From a virus, in IMG/VR virus record IMGVR_UViG_3300032249_001455, positions 9,429 to 73,428 of that record: 64,000 nucleotides of DNA, one strand, 5' to 3'. Of this stretch, positions 39,078-47,906 are shown piece by piece. Numbering within the stretch: position 1 is the stretch's first letter; every line of letters starts with the position of its first letter. The notes under the pieces were generated by a model. That model did not search any database. It was given only the letters and a program-made list of their open reading frames with translations, and was not told the origin of the DNA. Position numbers and translations under genes: made by a program.

Positions 39078-39770
39078 GTGCAATCCATGAATGCAGCCAA
39101 GAAAAGCGTATCCGCAGAGCAGCTGATAAGCGAAATCCACAACCACCACATAAACCACTTGTCTAGGGAGATATACCTGCACGGATATGTTGACGCGGAC
39201 GAGGAGCCGGGCGTCGACTACAGGATGGCGACCTCGTTCATCAAGAACTTGCACATCCTCGGACTGCAGAACAGCCAGAACATACTTGTCCACATGCACA
39301 CCATAGGGGGCAACTGGAGCGACGGGATGGCCATATTCAATTCGATCAGGCTTTCCAAGTCGCCCGTCACGATCATCGGGTACGCCCAGGCCAGCAGCAT
39401 GAGCGGGATTGTATTCCAGGCCGCCGACAAGAGGGTCTTGATGCCCGACTGCGAGATCATGATCCACCACGGATCAATAGCCCTAGACGACAACACCATG
39501 GCGGTCAAGAGCGCGGTGGATCAGAACGAGAAGTACTGCAAGAGGATGCTCCAGATATTTGCGGAGAGAGCCGTCATGGGAGCCTATTTCAATGAGAGGA
39601 AGTACAGCGTGAGGAAGGCCATGACCTTCATAGACCAGAAGATAAAGCAGAACGGAGACTGGTATCTCATGCCCGACGAGGCGGTCTACTACGGGTTCGC
39701 GGACGGCATACTCGGGGAGAAGGGCTTCGAGACCGTCGCCAAGGCCAGATCGGGGAGGAAAAGGAAATGA
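39078..39770 (+). CDS. clpP: ClpP-like serine protease
   Basis: REIYLHG, HTIGG, QASSMSG (Ser), IMIH (His), DWYL..EAV.YGFAD. Confidence 0.85.
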   Translation: MQSMNAAKKSVSAEQLISEIHNHHINHLSREIYLHGYVDADEEPGVDYRMATSFIKNLHILGLQNSQNILVHMHTIGGNWSDGMAIFNSIRLSKSPVTIIGYAQASSMSGIVFQAADKRVLMPDCEIMIHHGSIALDDNTMAVKSAVDQNEKYCKRMLQIFAERAVMGAYFNERKYSVRKAMTFIDQKIKQNGDWYLMPDEAVYYGFADGILGEKGFETVAKARSGRKRK

Positions 39771-40039
39771 GCGGGTTCTCATGGTTCACGGCCGTATCCA
39801 TATTCGTTACGTACGTCGTCATAGACATGCTCTACGCCTATTATATAATGTGCGTGGAGGAGCGGAGACCCTTCAGGGCCGCCGCGACCACGAGTGTCAT
39901 CTACAGCCTGCTGGCCTACGGGGTGGTCTCCTATTCCCAGAACATTCTTTATCTGATACCCTTGGCGTCCGGGGCTTTTTTTGGTACATTCATAATGGTC
40001 GCCTACAAAAAGAGAAAGGAAAACAATGACAGAGCATGA
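39767..40039 (+). CDS. Small membrane protein
   Basis: Three hydrophobic segments. Confidence 0.65.
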   Translation: MSGFSWFTAVSIFVTYVVIDMLYAYYIMCVEERRPFRAAATTSVIYSLLAYGVVSYSQNILYLIPLASGAFFGTFIMVAYKKRKENNDRA

Positions 40040-40238
40040 ACTTTTGTTGACCGACGAGTTCGTCGAATTCTCCAAGGCCGTATCCGCGGTCCACGAGGAG
40101 AAGAAGGTTCTTGAGGAGGATTTCAAGAAGCACTTCGAGGATTACAAGTCCAAGAAGAAGGAACTGGAGAACAAGGTGGCCGCCGCCAGCTCCAAGTGGG
40201 AGGAATGGAAGAAGACTCAGCTCTCCGCAAAGAAGTAG
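40026..40238 (+). CDS. Small coiled-coil protein
   Basis: AAGGA SD, charged helical sequence. Confidence 0.65.
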   Translation: MTEHELLLTDEFVEFSKAVSAVHEEKKVLEEDFKKHFEDYKSKKKELENKVAAASSKWEEWKKTQLSAKK

Positions 40239-40246
40239 TTCCCAAG

Positions 40247-41263
40247 ATGAGGAAGCTGGCATCGTTGCAGAAGGTTAAATTTGTCAGGCCCATCGCCGGG
40301 GCGGACGCCATAGAGTGCGTCGGCGTTCTCGGCTGGGAGTGCGTCTCGAAGAAGGGCGAGTTCTCTATTGATGACGAATGTGTCTATTTCGAGATCGACA
40401 GTCTTATGCCGGACGAGCCTGTCTTCGAGTTCCTCAGGAAGGCATGCTGGAAGGAGGATCTCGGCAGGTACCGACTCCGCACTGTGCGACTCAGGGGGCA
40501 AATAAGCCAGGGACTAGCCCTTCCAATTGGTCTTTTCCCTGAACTCGCGGGCCGGGAAGTGGGGTTCGATGCCACCGAAATTCTTGGCGTGGAGAAGTAC
40601 GAACCCCCCATCCCCGCCCAGATACAAGGCGATGCGAGGAGCTTCAGTTGGCCGATCGAAAAGACCGACGAAACTAGGGTGCAGCAGGACGATGAGTGCG
40701 GTTTCATATCCCGACTGACGGGCAGCCCCTATTACATATCTCTTAAAATAGACGGCACGAGTTCGAGCTTCATGGTGTCCGAGGGCGAGTACCACGTCTG
40801 CGGAAGGAACTACAGCTACAAGAGGTCGGATTCCCACTCCTTTTGGAAGATCAGCGAGAGGTACGGCATAGAGGCCAGGATCAGGGATCACGCCCTCCGC
40901 ACGGGGCAGAGGCTTGCCATACAGGGCGAGATCGCCGGCCCAGGAATACAGAAGAACCCCCTTGGCCTTAGATTCCCCGACCTTTTTGTATTCAACGTCG
41001 TTGACATGGATGCGGGCAAGCTTCATTTGGATTCGGCAACTAGGATTGCGGCTGAATTTGGACTTAATTTCGTGCCTGTTATGGAGCGGGGGGAGTCCTT
41101 CTCCCTCTCGCAGGCGGAACTGCTCGAGCTCGCAAGGGGAAAGTACGCGGATCACTTCCCATCCGCCAAGCCCGGTCAGGACAGGGAGGGCATCGTGGTT
41201 CGCAGCCTCTGCGGACGCATAAGTTTTAAGGCGATAAACAACGACTTCCTTCTGAAGGAATGA
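40247..41263 (+). CDS. RNA ligase, DRB0094/Rnl2-like family
   Basis: MRKLAS, YFEIDS, LRGQISQGL, KTDETR, KIDGTS, QGEIAGPGIQKN, REGIV, SFKAINN. Confidence 0.9.
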   Translation: MRKLASLQKVKFVRPIAGADAIECVGVLGWECVSKKGEFSIDDECVYFEIDSLMPDEPVFEFLRKACWKEDLGRYRLRTVRLRGQISQGLALPIGLFPELAGREVGFDATEILGVEKYEPPIPAQIQGDARSFSWPIEKTDETRVQQDDECGFISRLTGSPYYISLKIDGTSSSFMVSEGEYHVCGRNYSYKRSDSHSFWKISERYGIEARIRDHALRTGQRLAIQGEIAGPGIQKNPLGLRFPDLFVFNVVDMDAGKLHLDSATRIAAEFGLNFVPVMERGESFSLSQAELLELARGKYADHFPSAKPGQDREGIVVRSLCGRISFKAINNDFLLKE

Positions 41264-41264
41264 A

Positions 41265-41293
41265 TTGACTTGATTGAATATTTTTATTAGAAT
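41265..41293 (+). promoter_or_regulatory. Sigma70-type promoter (likely leaderless)
   Basis: TTGACT-17 nt-TAGAAT; ATG at 41301, 7 nt downstream. Confidence 0.75.
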
Positions 41294-41300
41294 CCTGGCC

Positions 41301-41504
41301 ATGACGCTTCCGTACGAAAGGTTCAGGGCGGTCAAGTCCGCAAGGGAGTTCCTGGGAGACCTCCTCGACCCCAGGAAGACTCCGAGGGTTCCGAAGGACG
41401 TCCGCCGCCAGGCTCTTTTCTTATTGAGGCACTATCCCATGGATTACGAGATGGAACATGTGGCGGATCTGGTTCCGGAACTGTTCTCGAGGAAATTTAA
41501 ATGA
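41301..41504 (+). CDS. BPSL0761-like small protein
   Basis: MTLPYER.RAV...REFL...VP..VR.QA..LLRHYP. Confidence 0.65.
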   Translation: MTLPYERFRAVKSAREFLGDLLDPRKTPRVPKDVRRQALFLLRHYPMDYEMEHVADLVPELFSRKFK

Positions 41505-41707
41505 AATTCGAGGATTTTGTTTCCAAGGTTGATTCCATGTATTCGGATCACAAGGAGCTCAGGTACGGACAGTCCCTGATGAACGTGCTTTTTGAAGTGT
41601 GGCCGGACAAATACAAGGAGGTCACCGGCACCGACGACGATTGCTTCTACGACGACGCCACCGTGAGGCTCACCCTCAACAGACTTGAAAAGGAGTGGAA
41701 AGAATGA
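41501..41707 (+). CDS. Hypothetical phage protein
   Basis: LRYGQ..MN, DCFY motifs; overlaps. Confidence 0.65.
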   Translation: MKFEDFVSKVDSMYSDHKELRYGQSLMNVLFEVWPDKYKEVTGTDDDCFYDDATVRLTLNRLEKEWKE

Positions 41708-42135
41708 GTCCCGAACTAGAACAGAAACTGACAGAAAAGTTCCCCGAGTTGTTCAATGGCAGGTCCAAGCCGAAGTCGGAGTCGCTCATGGCCTTCGGCT
41801 GCGAGCACGGCGACGGATGGTTCAACATAATCCTCTGCGCGTGCGATGCCATAGAAAACCACCTGAAGGCATCGGCCTGCAACTCCAGGATGGAAACCCG
41901 TTCCGACTACGAGTTCTTCCAGATAAAGGAGAAGTTCGGCACGCTCAGGGTCTATGACAACGGACACGACGAGTACATAGCCGGCGTCATAAGAATGGCG
42001 GAGAACATGAGCGCCTTCACGTGCGAGGTCACGGGAAGACCCGGTCGTCTGTGCAGAAAGGGACACTGGTACAGGACTCTCTGCGACGAGCAGGCAGAGA
42101 AGGACGGCTACGAGTCCGCGGAGAAGGATGCCTGA
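41704..42135 (+). CDS. Conserved hypothetical phage protein
   Basis: GDGWF, QIKEKFGTLRVY, CEVTG, WYRTLC. Confidence 0.75.
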   Translation: MSPELEQKLTEKFPELFNGRSKPKSESLMAFGCEHGDGWFNIILCACDAIENHLKASACNSRMETRSDYEFFQIKEKFGTLRVYDNGHDEYIAGVIRMAENMSAFTCEVTGRPGRLCRKGHWYRTLCDEQAEKDGYESAEKDA

Positions 42136-43712
42136 TGCCAACCGCAGTCGATCTCTATTCGGGGGTGGGTGGCTGGTCTCTAGGACTCAGGATGGCTGGG
42201 ATAGATGTCGTCTCGTCCTACGAGTGGTGGAACAGGGCCAACGACACTAACCTCCGCAACAACGGCCACAAGACCGAGTGCCTGGACATAAGGCAGCTTC
42301 CCTCCTCGTCTGTTCCGAAGGTAGACCTGATCGTCGGAAGCCCCCCTTGCACCCACTTCTCCCTCGCCAACAGGGGAGGCAAGGGAAACATATACGAGGG
42401 ACTCAAGGATGTGGAGAAGTTCCTTGAGATCGTGGACGCCATAAAACCCCGCTTCTGGGCCATGGAGAACGTGCCCCGGCTCGCCACGATCATGGAGAGA
42501 GAACTCTGTCAGGAGGGCGTGCTGCACAGGTTTGCCGGTCTCAACCCCAGGATCATGGTACTCGACGCCTCCGAGTGGGGAGTGCCGCAGAGAAGGCAGA
42601 GGTGCATCGCGGGCAACTTTGACTTTGACCTCCTCTTCTCCTACCGTGACGGCCTTCCGAACCGCTCCCTCGGAGACGTGATCTCCTCCCTTTCCTCCGA
42701 TCCTGTTCAAGACCCCATATACGGGACTTCTCTTCCTCAATCTCGCTTGTTGGATCACGATCCCGAGGACGTTCTCTCCCCCGAGGAGGAGAGGATAAAT
42801 CGGGAGATGAAGACATTTCATCCGGTCTACAACAACATGTCGTTTCCCGACGACCCCCACAGGCCTTCTAGGACGGTTACGGCGACATGCACTAGGGTTT
42901 CGCGTGAAAGTATCGTTGTGTGCACGGAGAAGGGTTTTAGAAGGCTCACTGTGAGGGAACGCGCTTGCCTGCAGTCCTTTCCCCTAAACTACCAGTTTTA
43001 CGGGGACAGCCATTCGCAGAAGCTGAAGATGGTGGGCAACGCAGTTCCGCCCCTTCTCTCCTTCTATATAGCTCAAGCGATGCTCGGAACCCCCGTTTCC
43101 AATCTTCTTGACCCCTCTTCCGCAATATCGGTTTTTTCTATCCCTTCGGAATCTCCTGCGAAGACGAAGCCTGACAAGCCGGGATGCTCCTATTCGGCAC
43201 AGAGGCGATTCCGCTCCGCAATCCCCCATCTCAGATTCAAAAGTGGCGTCCGTTTTGAACTCGGCAATTCATTTGCGGGAAAGTCTCCCGAATGGAGGAT
43301 CAAGTTCTTTTTCGGCGGGTCAAAAAAGATAGGAGAGGTCGTCCTCGATGACCTGCTCTTGAAGGACATTGAAAAGGTCAAGGGTGTCAAGTCAAAAATT
43401 GCCAAAGCCAGAAAGGCGTGCGATAAGGTCTCTGAAACCATCTCCGGCACCTCCTCCAGCAACCTCCAGCACGCATGGACGCACTGCGAGGGAGGTTGCC
43501 TGCACCCGCATTCGCTCGTGGACGCCATAGGCGATGCCGTCGGCTCTATGATCGCAGAGGACGCCTCCGGGCTTTCTTCCGAGGTTGTGCGAGGCGTGAT
43601 GGCTTCTATGGGCAACCCTCCCGGATGGGAGAAGGTTGTCCGCAACGCCCCCGCCGTGTTCACCGGGCTTCTGGTGGGTTGCATAGTCAACGGCATGCTG
43701 GAGAAATTCTAA
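42135..43712 (+). CDS. C5-cytosine DNA methyltransferase with C-terminal extension
   Basis: DLYSGVGG, GSPPC, MENV, GVPQRRQR, RERACLQSFP, VGNAVPP. Confidence 0.92.
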   Translation: MPTAVDLYSGVGGWSLGLRMAGIDVVSSYEWWNRANDTNLRNNGHKTECLDIRQLPSSSVPKVDLIVGSPPCTHFSLANRGGKGNIYEGLKDVEKFLEIVDAIKPRFWAMENVPRLATIMERELCQEGVLHRFAGLNPRIMVLDASEWGVPQRRQRCIAGNFDFDLLFSYRDGLPNRSLGDVISSLSSDPVQDPIYGTSLPQSRLLDHDPEDVLSPEEERINREMKTFHPVYNNMSFPDDPHRPSRTVTATCTRVSRESIVVCTEKGFRRLTVRERACLQSFPLNYQFYGDSHSQKLKMVGNAVPPLLSFYIAQAMLGTPVSNLLDPSSAISVFSIPSESPAKTKPDKPGCSYSAQRRFRSAIPHLRFKSGVRFELGNSFAGKSPEWRIKFFFGGSKKIGEVVLDDLLLKDIEKVKGVKSKIAKARKACDKVSETISGTSSSNLQHAWTHCEGGCLHPHSLVDAIGDAVGSMIAEDASGLSSEVVRGVMASMGNPPGWEKVVRNAPAVFTGLLVGCIVNGMLEKF

Positions 43713-44274
43713 TTAAGACGCGTGAGCAGATCATTGAATCCATGTGTCTCACATGGCGACACGACTACGGGCTGGACAAGAATGGATTCGGCACTGGCAT
43801 GACGAATGCAGAACGCAATACTTTATACGCCTCCCGCCAGAAAACCCAGTCCCCTTTAGGGGCTGGGATGAATGGCGGTTAACTAAATAAAATTAACACT
43901 ATAGTAAGTATGAGATTCGGGACGGAATCTTTGTACTTCGGTACTAGAAGCCGACTCCCTTTAGGGGGTCGGAGCGTTCACGGCGCCAAATGGCACAACT
44001 TTTTGACAACGACATCGCCCCCCACATGGATTTCAAAAAGGTTCCGAGAAAGACCGAAATCGTCCACGACGGCATCATCAAGATTCAGTCTTTCGAACTG
44101 ACGGAACCTGAAAAGAAGAAGATCGCCCTCGGCCTCAAGTACGGCCCCGCCGCCGCGGCGATGAGGGACGACGGCACCTTCTGGGAGTCCGAAACGCCCC
44201 CCAAGGAGCCGTGGAGAAGATGGTTGTTCAGGAAATTTCTAGGAACACAGGCTGGAAAGCGGGTTTCATCTTGA
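43712..44274 (+). pseudogene. Gene interrupted by mini-IS; start codon reads ATT
   Basis: Removing 43827-43981 joins ...AERNTL-W-RQMAQLFDND in frame. Confidence 0.75.
43827..43981 (+). mobile_element. 155-bp non-autonomous IS200/IS605-family mini-element, copy 1
   Basis: Follows TTTAT; subterminal hairpins with TTTA loops; ends GTTCAC; near-identical copy at 47958. Confidence 0.88.
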
Positions 44275-44582
44275 AAGAGTCGACTTCACGAATATTCTGG
44301 TGTTTGTCTTGGATTGTCAATTTCACTTTGATTTCGCTTGTTATTTCGAACCTGATTGATCCCAAACCGCCCTTCAAAGACAATCTTCCAGAACCGCCCA
44401 TACTGAAACTTTCGGACTATCCAAAAACGCAGGAACATTGTAAGGCATGTCCCCAATGCCGGGCGAGATGGGATTTGATCGAAAAGAATCAGATCACATG
44501 GGACAGCCCCGTCTGCTGCGGCGAAGGATTTGAAATCGGAATGCAGGAATTCATAGAAAAGTTGAAGAAAGTTGAAAAGTAA
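44271..44582 (+). CDS. Membrane-anchored Cys-containing hypothetical protein
   Basis: N-terminal hydrophobic helix, HCKACPQC; start uncertain. Confidence 0.55.
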   Translation: MKESTSRIFWCLSWIVNFTLISLVISNLIDPKPPFKDNLPEPPILKLSDYPKTQEHCKACPQCRARWDLIEKNQITWDSPVCCGEGFEIGMQEFIEKLKKVEK

Positions 44583-44585
44583 AAC

Positions 44586-44846
44586 ATGTGGAATAGAAAC
44601 ATAAAAGAAATACCGATTGGTACGAGGCTGTTGCTTCTTTCCAAGCCGAAAACGAAAGACAAACGCAGATTTGTCGCCATCGCCGCCTTGGAGGAGTGGG
44701 GCGGCAAGAAAATGCTCATCTACCCCACGGGATACCCGGAACTGATGAGAATGTACGGCTGCAAGAAGGGGGACGTGTCTGAATTTGAGGCCTGGGCATA
44801 TCTTGAGGAAAGTCCACTTGAATCCCGAACAGTCTCCAAGCCGTAG
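44586..44846 (+). CDS. Hypothetical protein
   Basis: 86 aa ORF. Confidence 0.6.
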   Translation: MWNRNIKEIPIGTRLLLLSKPKTKDKRRFVAIAALEEWGGKKMLIYPTGYPELMRMYGCKKGDVSEFEAWAYLEESPLESRTVSKP

Positions 44847-44933
44847 ATTGGGATTGAACCATGACAGAAAAATTTGAACCCTACGCCTAAAAGGGACACT
44901 CACGACCACGGTCATGTAAAATTCTGAATCATT

Positions 44934-44961
44934 TTGAGATGCCTCTAAAGTCTGTTATAAT
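44934..44961 (+). promoter_or_regulatory. Sigma70-type promoter
   Basis: TTGAGA-16 nt-TATAAT with TG extension; GGAGG SD downstream. Confidence 0.65.
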
Positions 44962-44981
44962 CGGTGCGGAGGACTTCCTAA

Positions 44982-45425
44982 ATGGACACTAACTACAAGT
45001 CATGGACTATAAACAATATGAATTCCGAATATACATGGGAGATCAAGAGCAAAGATTACAAATGGCCAACGACGGTCGCCACCATCCCGGGCGTTACGGT
45101 GGCCTCCACCTACTTTGAGCCTCTCCCTTCTCCCACCGAGGAGTCCATGATTGAGGATATTATGAACCGCACGGAAGATCGGGGATTCTTCAAGGATGTG
45201 GTTGACTGGCTAGACAAAGAGGCTCCGAGGAGACTTCAGAGCGTCCTGAAGGAACTATATTCGCATGTCGGTTCGGTCACGTACGACCTTTTGTGCGAGG
45301 TTCTTTATCGCATAGGATTCAGGACGAGCGAGCTGATAGAGCGAAGGATGATCCTCGGCCCGTCCAACAACTGGGTGGCGGAATATTTCAAGGACTTCCC
45401 TCCCGGCTCAAGGAACGACCCGTGA
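44982..45425 (+). CDS. Hypothetical protein
   Basis: 147 aa with SD. Confidence 0.65.
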   Translation: MDTNYKSWTINNMNSEYTWEIKSKDYKWPTTVATIPGVTVASTYFEPLPSPTEESMIEDIMNRTEDRGFFKDVVDWLDKEAPRRLQSVLKELYSHVGSVTYDLLCEVLYRIGFRTSELIERRMILGPSNNWVAEYFKDFPPGSRNDP

Positions 45426-45505
45426 AAATTCTTGTCACCGGCGGTGCCGGATTCATAGGCAGTCACATTGTGGACGGCATCCTTTCCTCGGGTCACTCCG
45501 TTGAC
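45422..45505 (+). pseudogene. N-terminal remnant of NAD-dependent epimerase/dehydratase
   Basis: (M)KILVTGGAGFIGSHIVDGILSSGHSV, then similarity is lost abruptly. Confidence 0.75.
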
Positions 45506-45830
45506 TCTCAAGAAACGGATCAGGCGGGAAATCCAGGATTCTTTTTCGTTGTTTGCATATTTCTTGCGTCGTCTTTTCTTTTCTGCGATCAAATTAACAG
45601 CGGCCTCCGCCGCATTGCGTGCGTTTTTGTGTTCCATTAAATTGAAACAAAGCATTTCTTGTGCCACAGAAAAGACCGAATTTTCCGTCAAATGAAAGGG
45701 AATGCCATGAAATATAAAGGTTTGTTTTGCTGATGGCTTCAAATATAATGGCCGACGATGATTCTGAGCGGAGCGCCAAGATCGTTAGTCTTCTCAAAAA
45801 GGTCAGGGAGTGGATGGAAAGGAGTCTGAG

Positions 45831-46397
45831 TTGAAAGTTTATATCGGACCCTACAAGAACTGGTGGGGACCATACCAGATCGCCGACTTGCTGCGATACG
45901 TGGGATTTTCAAAATCCAAAACGCACCGGGTCGGCGAATGGCTCGCGGATACGCCCCTTTCGGACCTGTGCGAGTGGATACACGCCCGTCGCAAGAGAAC
46001 CGTTAGGGTCGTGGTTCACGACTACGACGTATGGGGAATGGACAACACCATCGCGCTCATCGCCCTTCCTCTCCTCAAGAGACTCAAGGAGAAGAAGCAT
46101 GGTTCCCCTCATGTGGACGACGAAGATGTGCCTGAGCATCTTAGGTCCACGGTCGCCAAGCCCTTGACCGAGGAGGAGGCGAAAAACGGATACTCGGACA
46201 ACAACTTCCACCTGCGCTGGGAATGGGTGATTGACGAGATCATCTGGGGGTTTGAGAACATGATCGCGGACGACGCGGGCGAGACCGAATTCCACAAGGA
46301 CGGCAAGTTTGACATAGAGGCCTCTAGGAAGTTCCACGACCGAATCCAGAACGCCATGCGCCTGTTCGGCAAGTACCTTCAAGGAATGTGGCATTGA
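45831..46397 (+). CDS. Conserved hypothetical phage protein
   Basis: KVYIGPYKNWWGPYQIA, YDVWGMD, LFGKYLQGMW; TTG start after GGAG. Confidence 0.75.
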   Translation: MKVYIGPYKNWWGPYQIADLLRYVGFSKSKTHRVGEWLADTPLSDLCEWIHARRKRTVRVVVHDYDVWGMDNTIALIALPLLKRLKEKKHGSPHVDDEDVPEHLRSTVAKPLTEEEAKNGYSDNNFHLRWEWVIDEIIWGFENMIADDAGETEFHKDGKFDIEASRKFHDRIQNAMRLFGKYLQGMWH

Positions 46398-46399
46398 AA

Positions 46400-46747
46400 A
46401 TGACAAAACAACCAAGGACATGGTTCATTGACTTCGACGGCACGCTCGTGACCCAGCGGAGCCACATGATGGAGACCGACACCATCCTCGAGGGAACCAA
46501 GGCTTTCTTCGATGAGGTGGTGGATGAACTGGATCATGTGGTCATCACGACCGCGAGGACGTGCGATGACAAGGAACGCATCGAGAGGTTCCTAGAGTCC
46601 CACGGCATAAGGGTCGACCATGTGATATGCGGTCTGCCCACCGGGGCGAGGATGCTCGTCAATGACATGAAGCCCGACGGAACCAAGACCGCATACGCAT
46701 TCAACCTAGAGAGGGACAGGGGAATAGACAATGCAATTTTCAAATGA
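46400..46747 (+). CDS. Small HAD-family phosphatase
   Basis: DFDGTLV, TTAR, VND. Confidence 0.75.
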   Translation: MTKQPRTWFIDFDGTLVTQRSHMMETDTILEGTKAFFDEVVDELDHVVITTARTCDDKERIERFLESHGIRVDHVICGLPTGARMLVNDMKPDGTKTAYAFNLERDRGIDNAIFK

Positions 46748-46906
46748 AGTCGACATGATTCAGAGCGTCGTCATAACATTCAGCGACGGATTTAAGGCGA
46801 CCTTCTCGGGTCCGGCGGCCTGTTTTGAGGGCGAGGAAAGGCGGATTGAAGATATCTACTTTACTGAGCCGAAGCCTCTACCCGCCGGCTGCAATTGGGG
46901 GACCAC

Positions 46907-47485
46907 ATGAAGACATTCAGCGAATGGGCGGGTAGCCAGCCGACAGAGGAAATGAAGTCTCTGTTTGAGAAAAGAACCCGTAGACATATTGCTCTCGTGG
47001 GCGAATTCTGTGACAGAATCGCAGAGCACGATGGCCGCTTCAAGGAACTTCTGGATAGAAAGAAATTCCACGACGACAGCAAGTTCAAGGAGCCGGAGTA
47101 CACCCCTTACCTGTTCGTGACTTGGAAGTACAAATGCAGGAAGGACGGCGAGGAATTCAAGGTTCCGAAGGAGATAGAGGACAGGATGCACGAGGCCACC
47201 CTCCACCATGTCACCACCAACTCCCACCACCCCGAGTACCACAGCCCGAGGAAGGACGGCCTCATCAACAAGGAGAACAGGGACGCGCCCCCAGAGGAGA
47301 TCGTGGATGCCACAAGCATGCCCGAACTCGACATCGCCGAGATGTGTGCCGACTGGATGGCAATGTCCAAGGAACTCGGCAGCAACCCCAAGGACTGGGC
47401 CGACAAGAATGTCAATGTGAGGTGGAAGTTCACAGAAGGACAGAAAAAACTGATCTACGACATCATCGGGGAGTGCTGGGAATGA
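46907..47485 (+). CDS. HD-like (DUF5662-type) protein with capsid-targeting-like N-terminus
   Basis: MKTFSEW; RHI, HDDSK, HH..N.HHPEYH, EMCADW. Confidence 0.7.
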   Translation: MKTFSEWAGSQPTEEMKSLFEKRTRRHIALVGEFCDRIAEHDGRFKELLDRKKFHDDSKFKEPEYTPYLFVTWKYKCRKDGEEFKVPKEIEDRMHEATLHHVTTNSHHPEYHSPRKDGLINKENRDAPPEEIVDATSMPELDIAEMCADWMAMSKELGSNPKDWADKNVNVRWKFTEGQKKLIYDIIGECWE

Positions 47486-47802
47486 GCCGATACTATTTCA
47501 AGGAGCCGAAAAAGGGTCTGTATCCCACTGAGGGGCTTTCCCTGAAGCTCTACAGGCTCCTCACGGAGAAGGGAAAGGACATGAAGAGGTCGGGCACCTT
47601 TTCAAAAGATGCCTGGACACAATATGTCATTTCTTTGGGGTGCGAATTCACAGATGAAACCTTTGTTCTGGATTCAGAAAGGGAAATCATATTCCGCGAC
47701 GAACATCATTTCACCCAGTTGAAGGACAGCAAGGCGTGGGACAGGCTGATAAAGGTTGATTTTGAAACCGCCATGAGGATCGCCACCCTAGGGCTGCCGT
47801 GA
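47482..47802 (+). CDS. LGxP-family paralogue 1
   Basis: KLYRLL; WTQYVISLGC; ETAMRIATLGLP*. Confidence 0.8.
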   Translation: MSRYYFKEPKKGLYPTEGLSLKLYRLLTEKGKDMKRSGTFSKDAWTQYVISLGCEFTDETFVLDSEREIIFRDEHHFTQLKDSKAWDRLIKVDFETAMRIATLGLP

Positions 47803-47906
47803 GGAAATAACATGATTAATGCCATAAAAGTTCTCTTCCTGATTGTCTTCCACTTGGGGGTCGCCATGTTCGCCGACGACGTTTTGGGCTTGTTTCGTTT
47901 CGTTTG

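Noticed and set aside
43910-44101. ORF MRFGTESLYF as an independent gene duplicated at 48050
   Set aside because: The shared 24 codons are the mini-element's right half, not a gene duplication.
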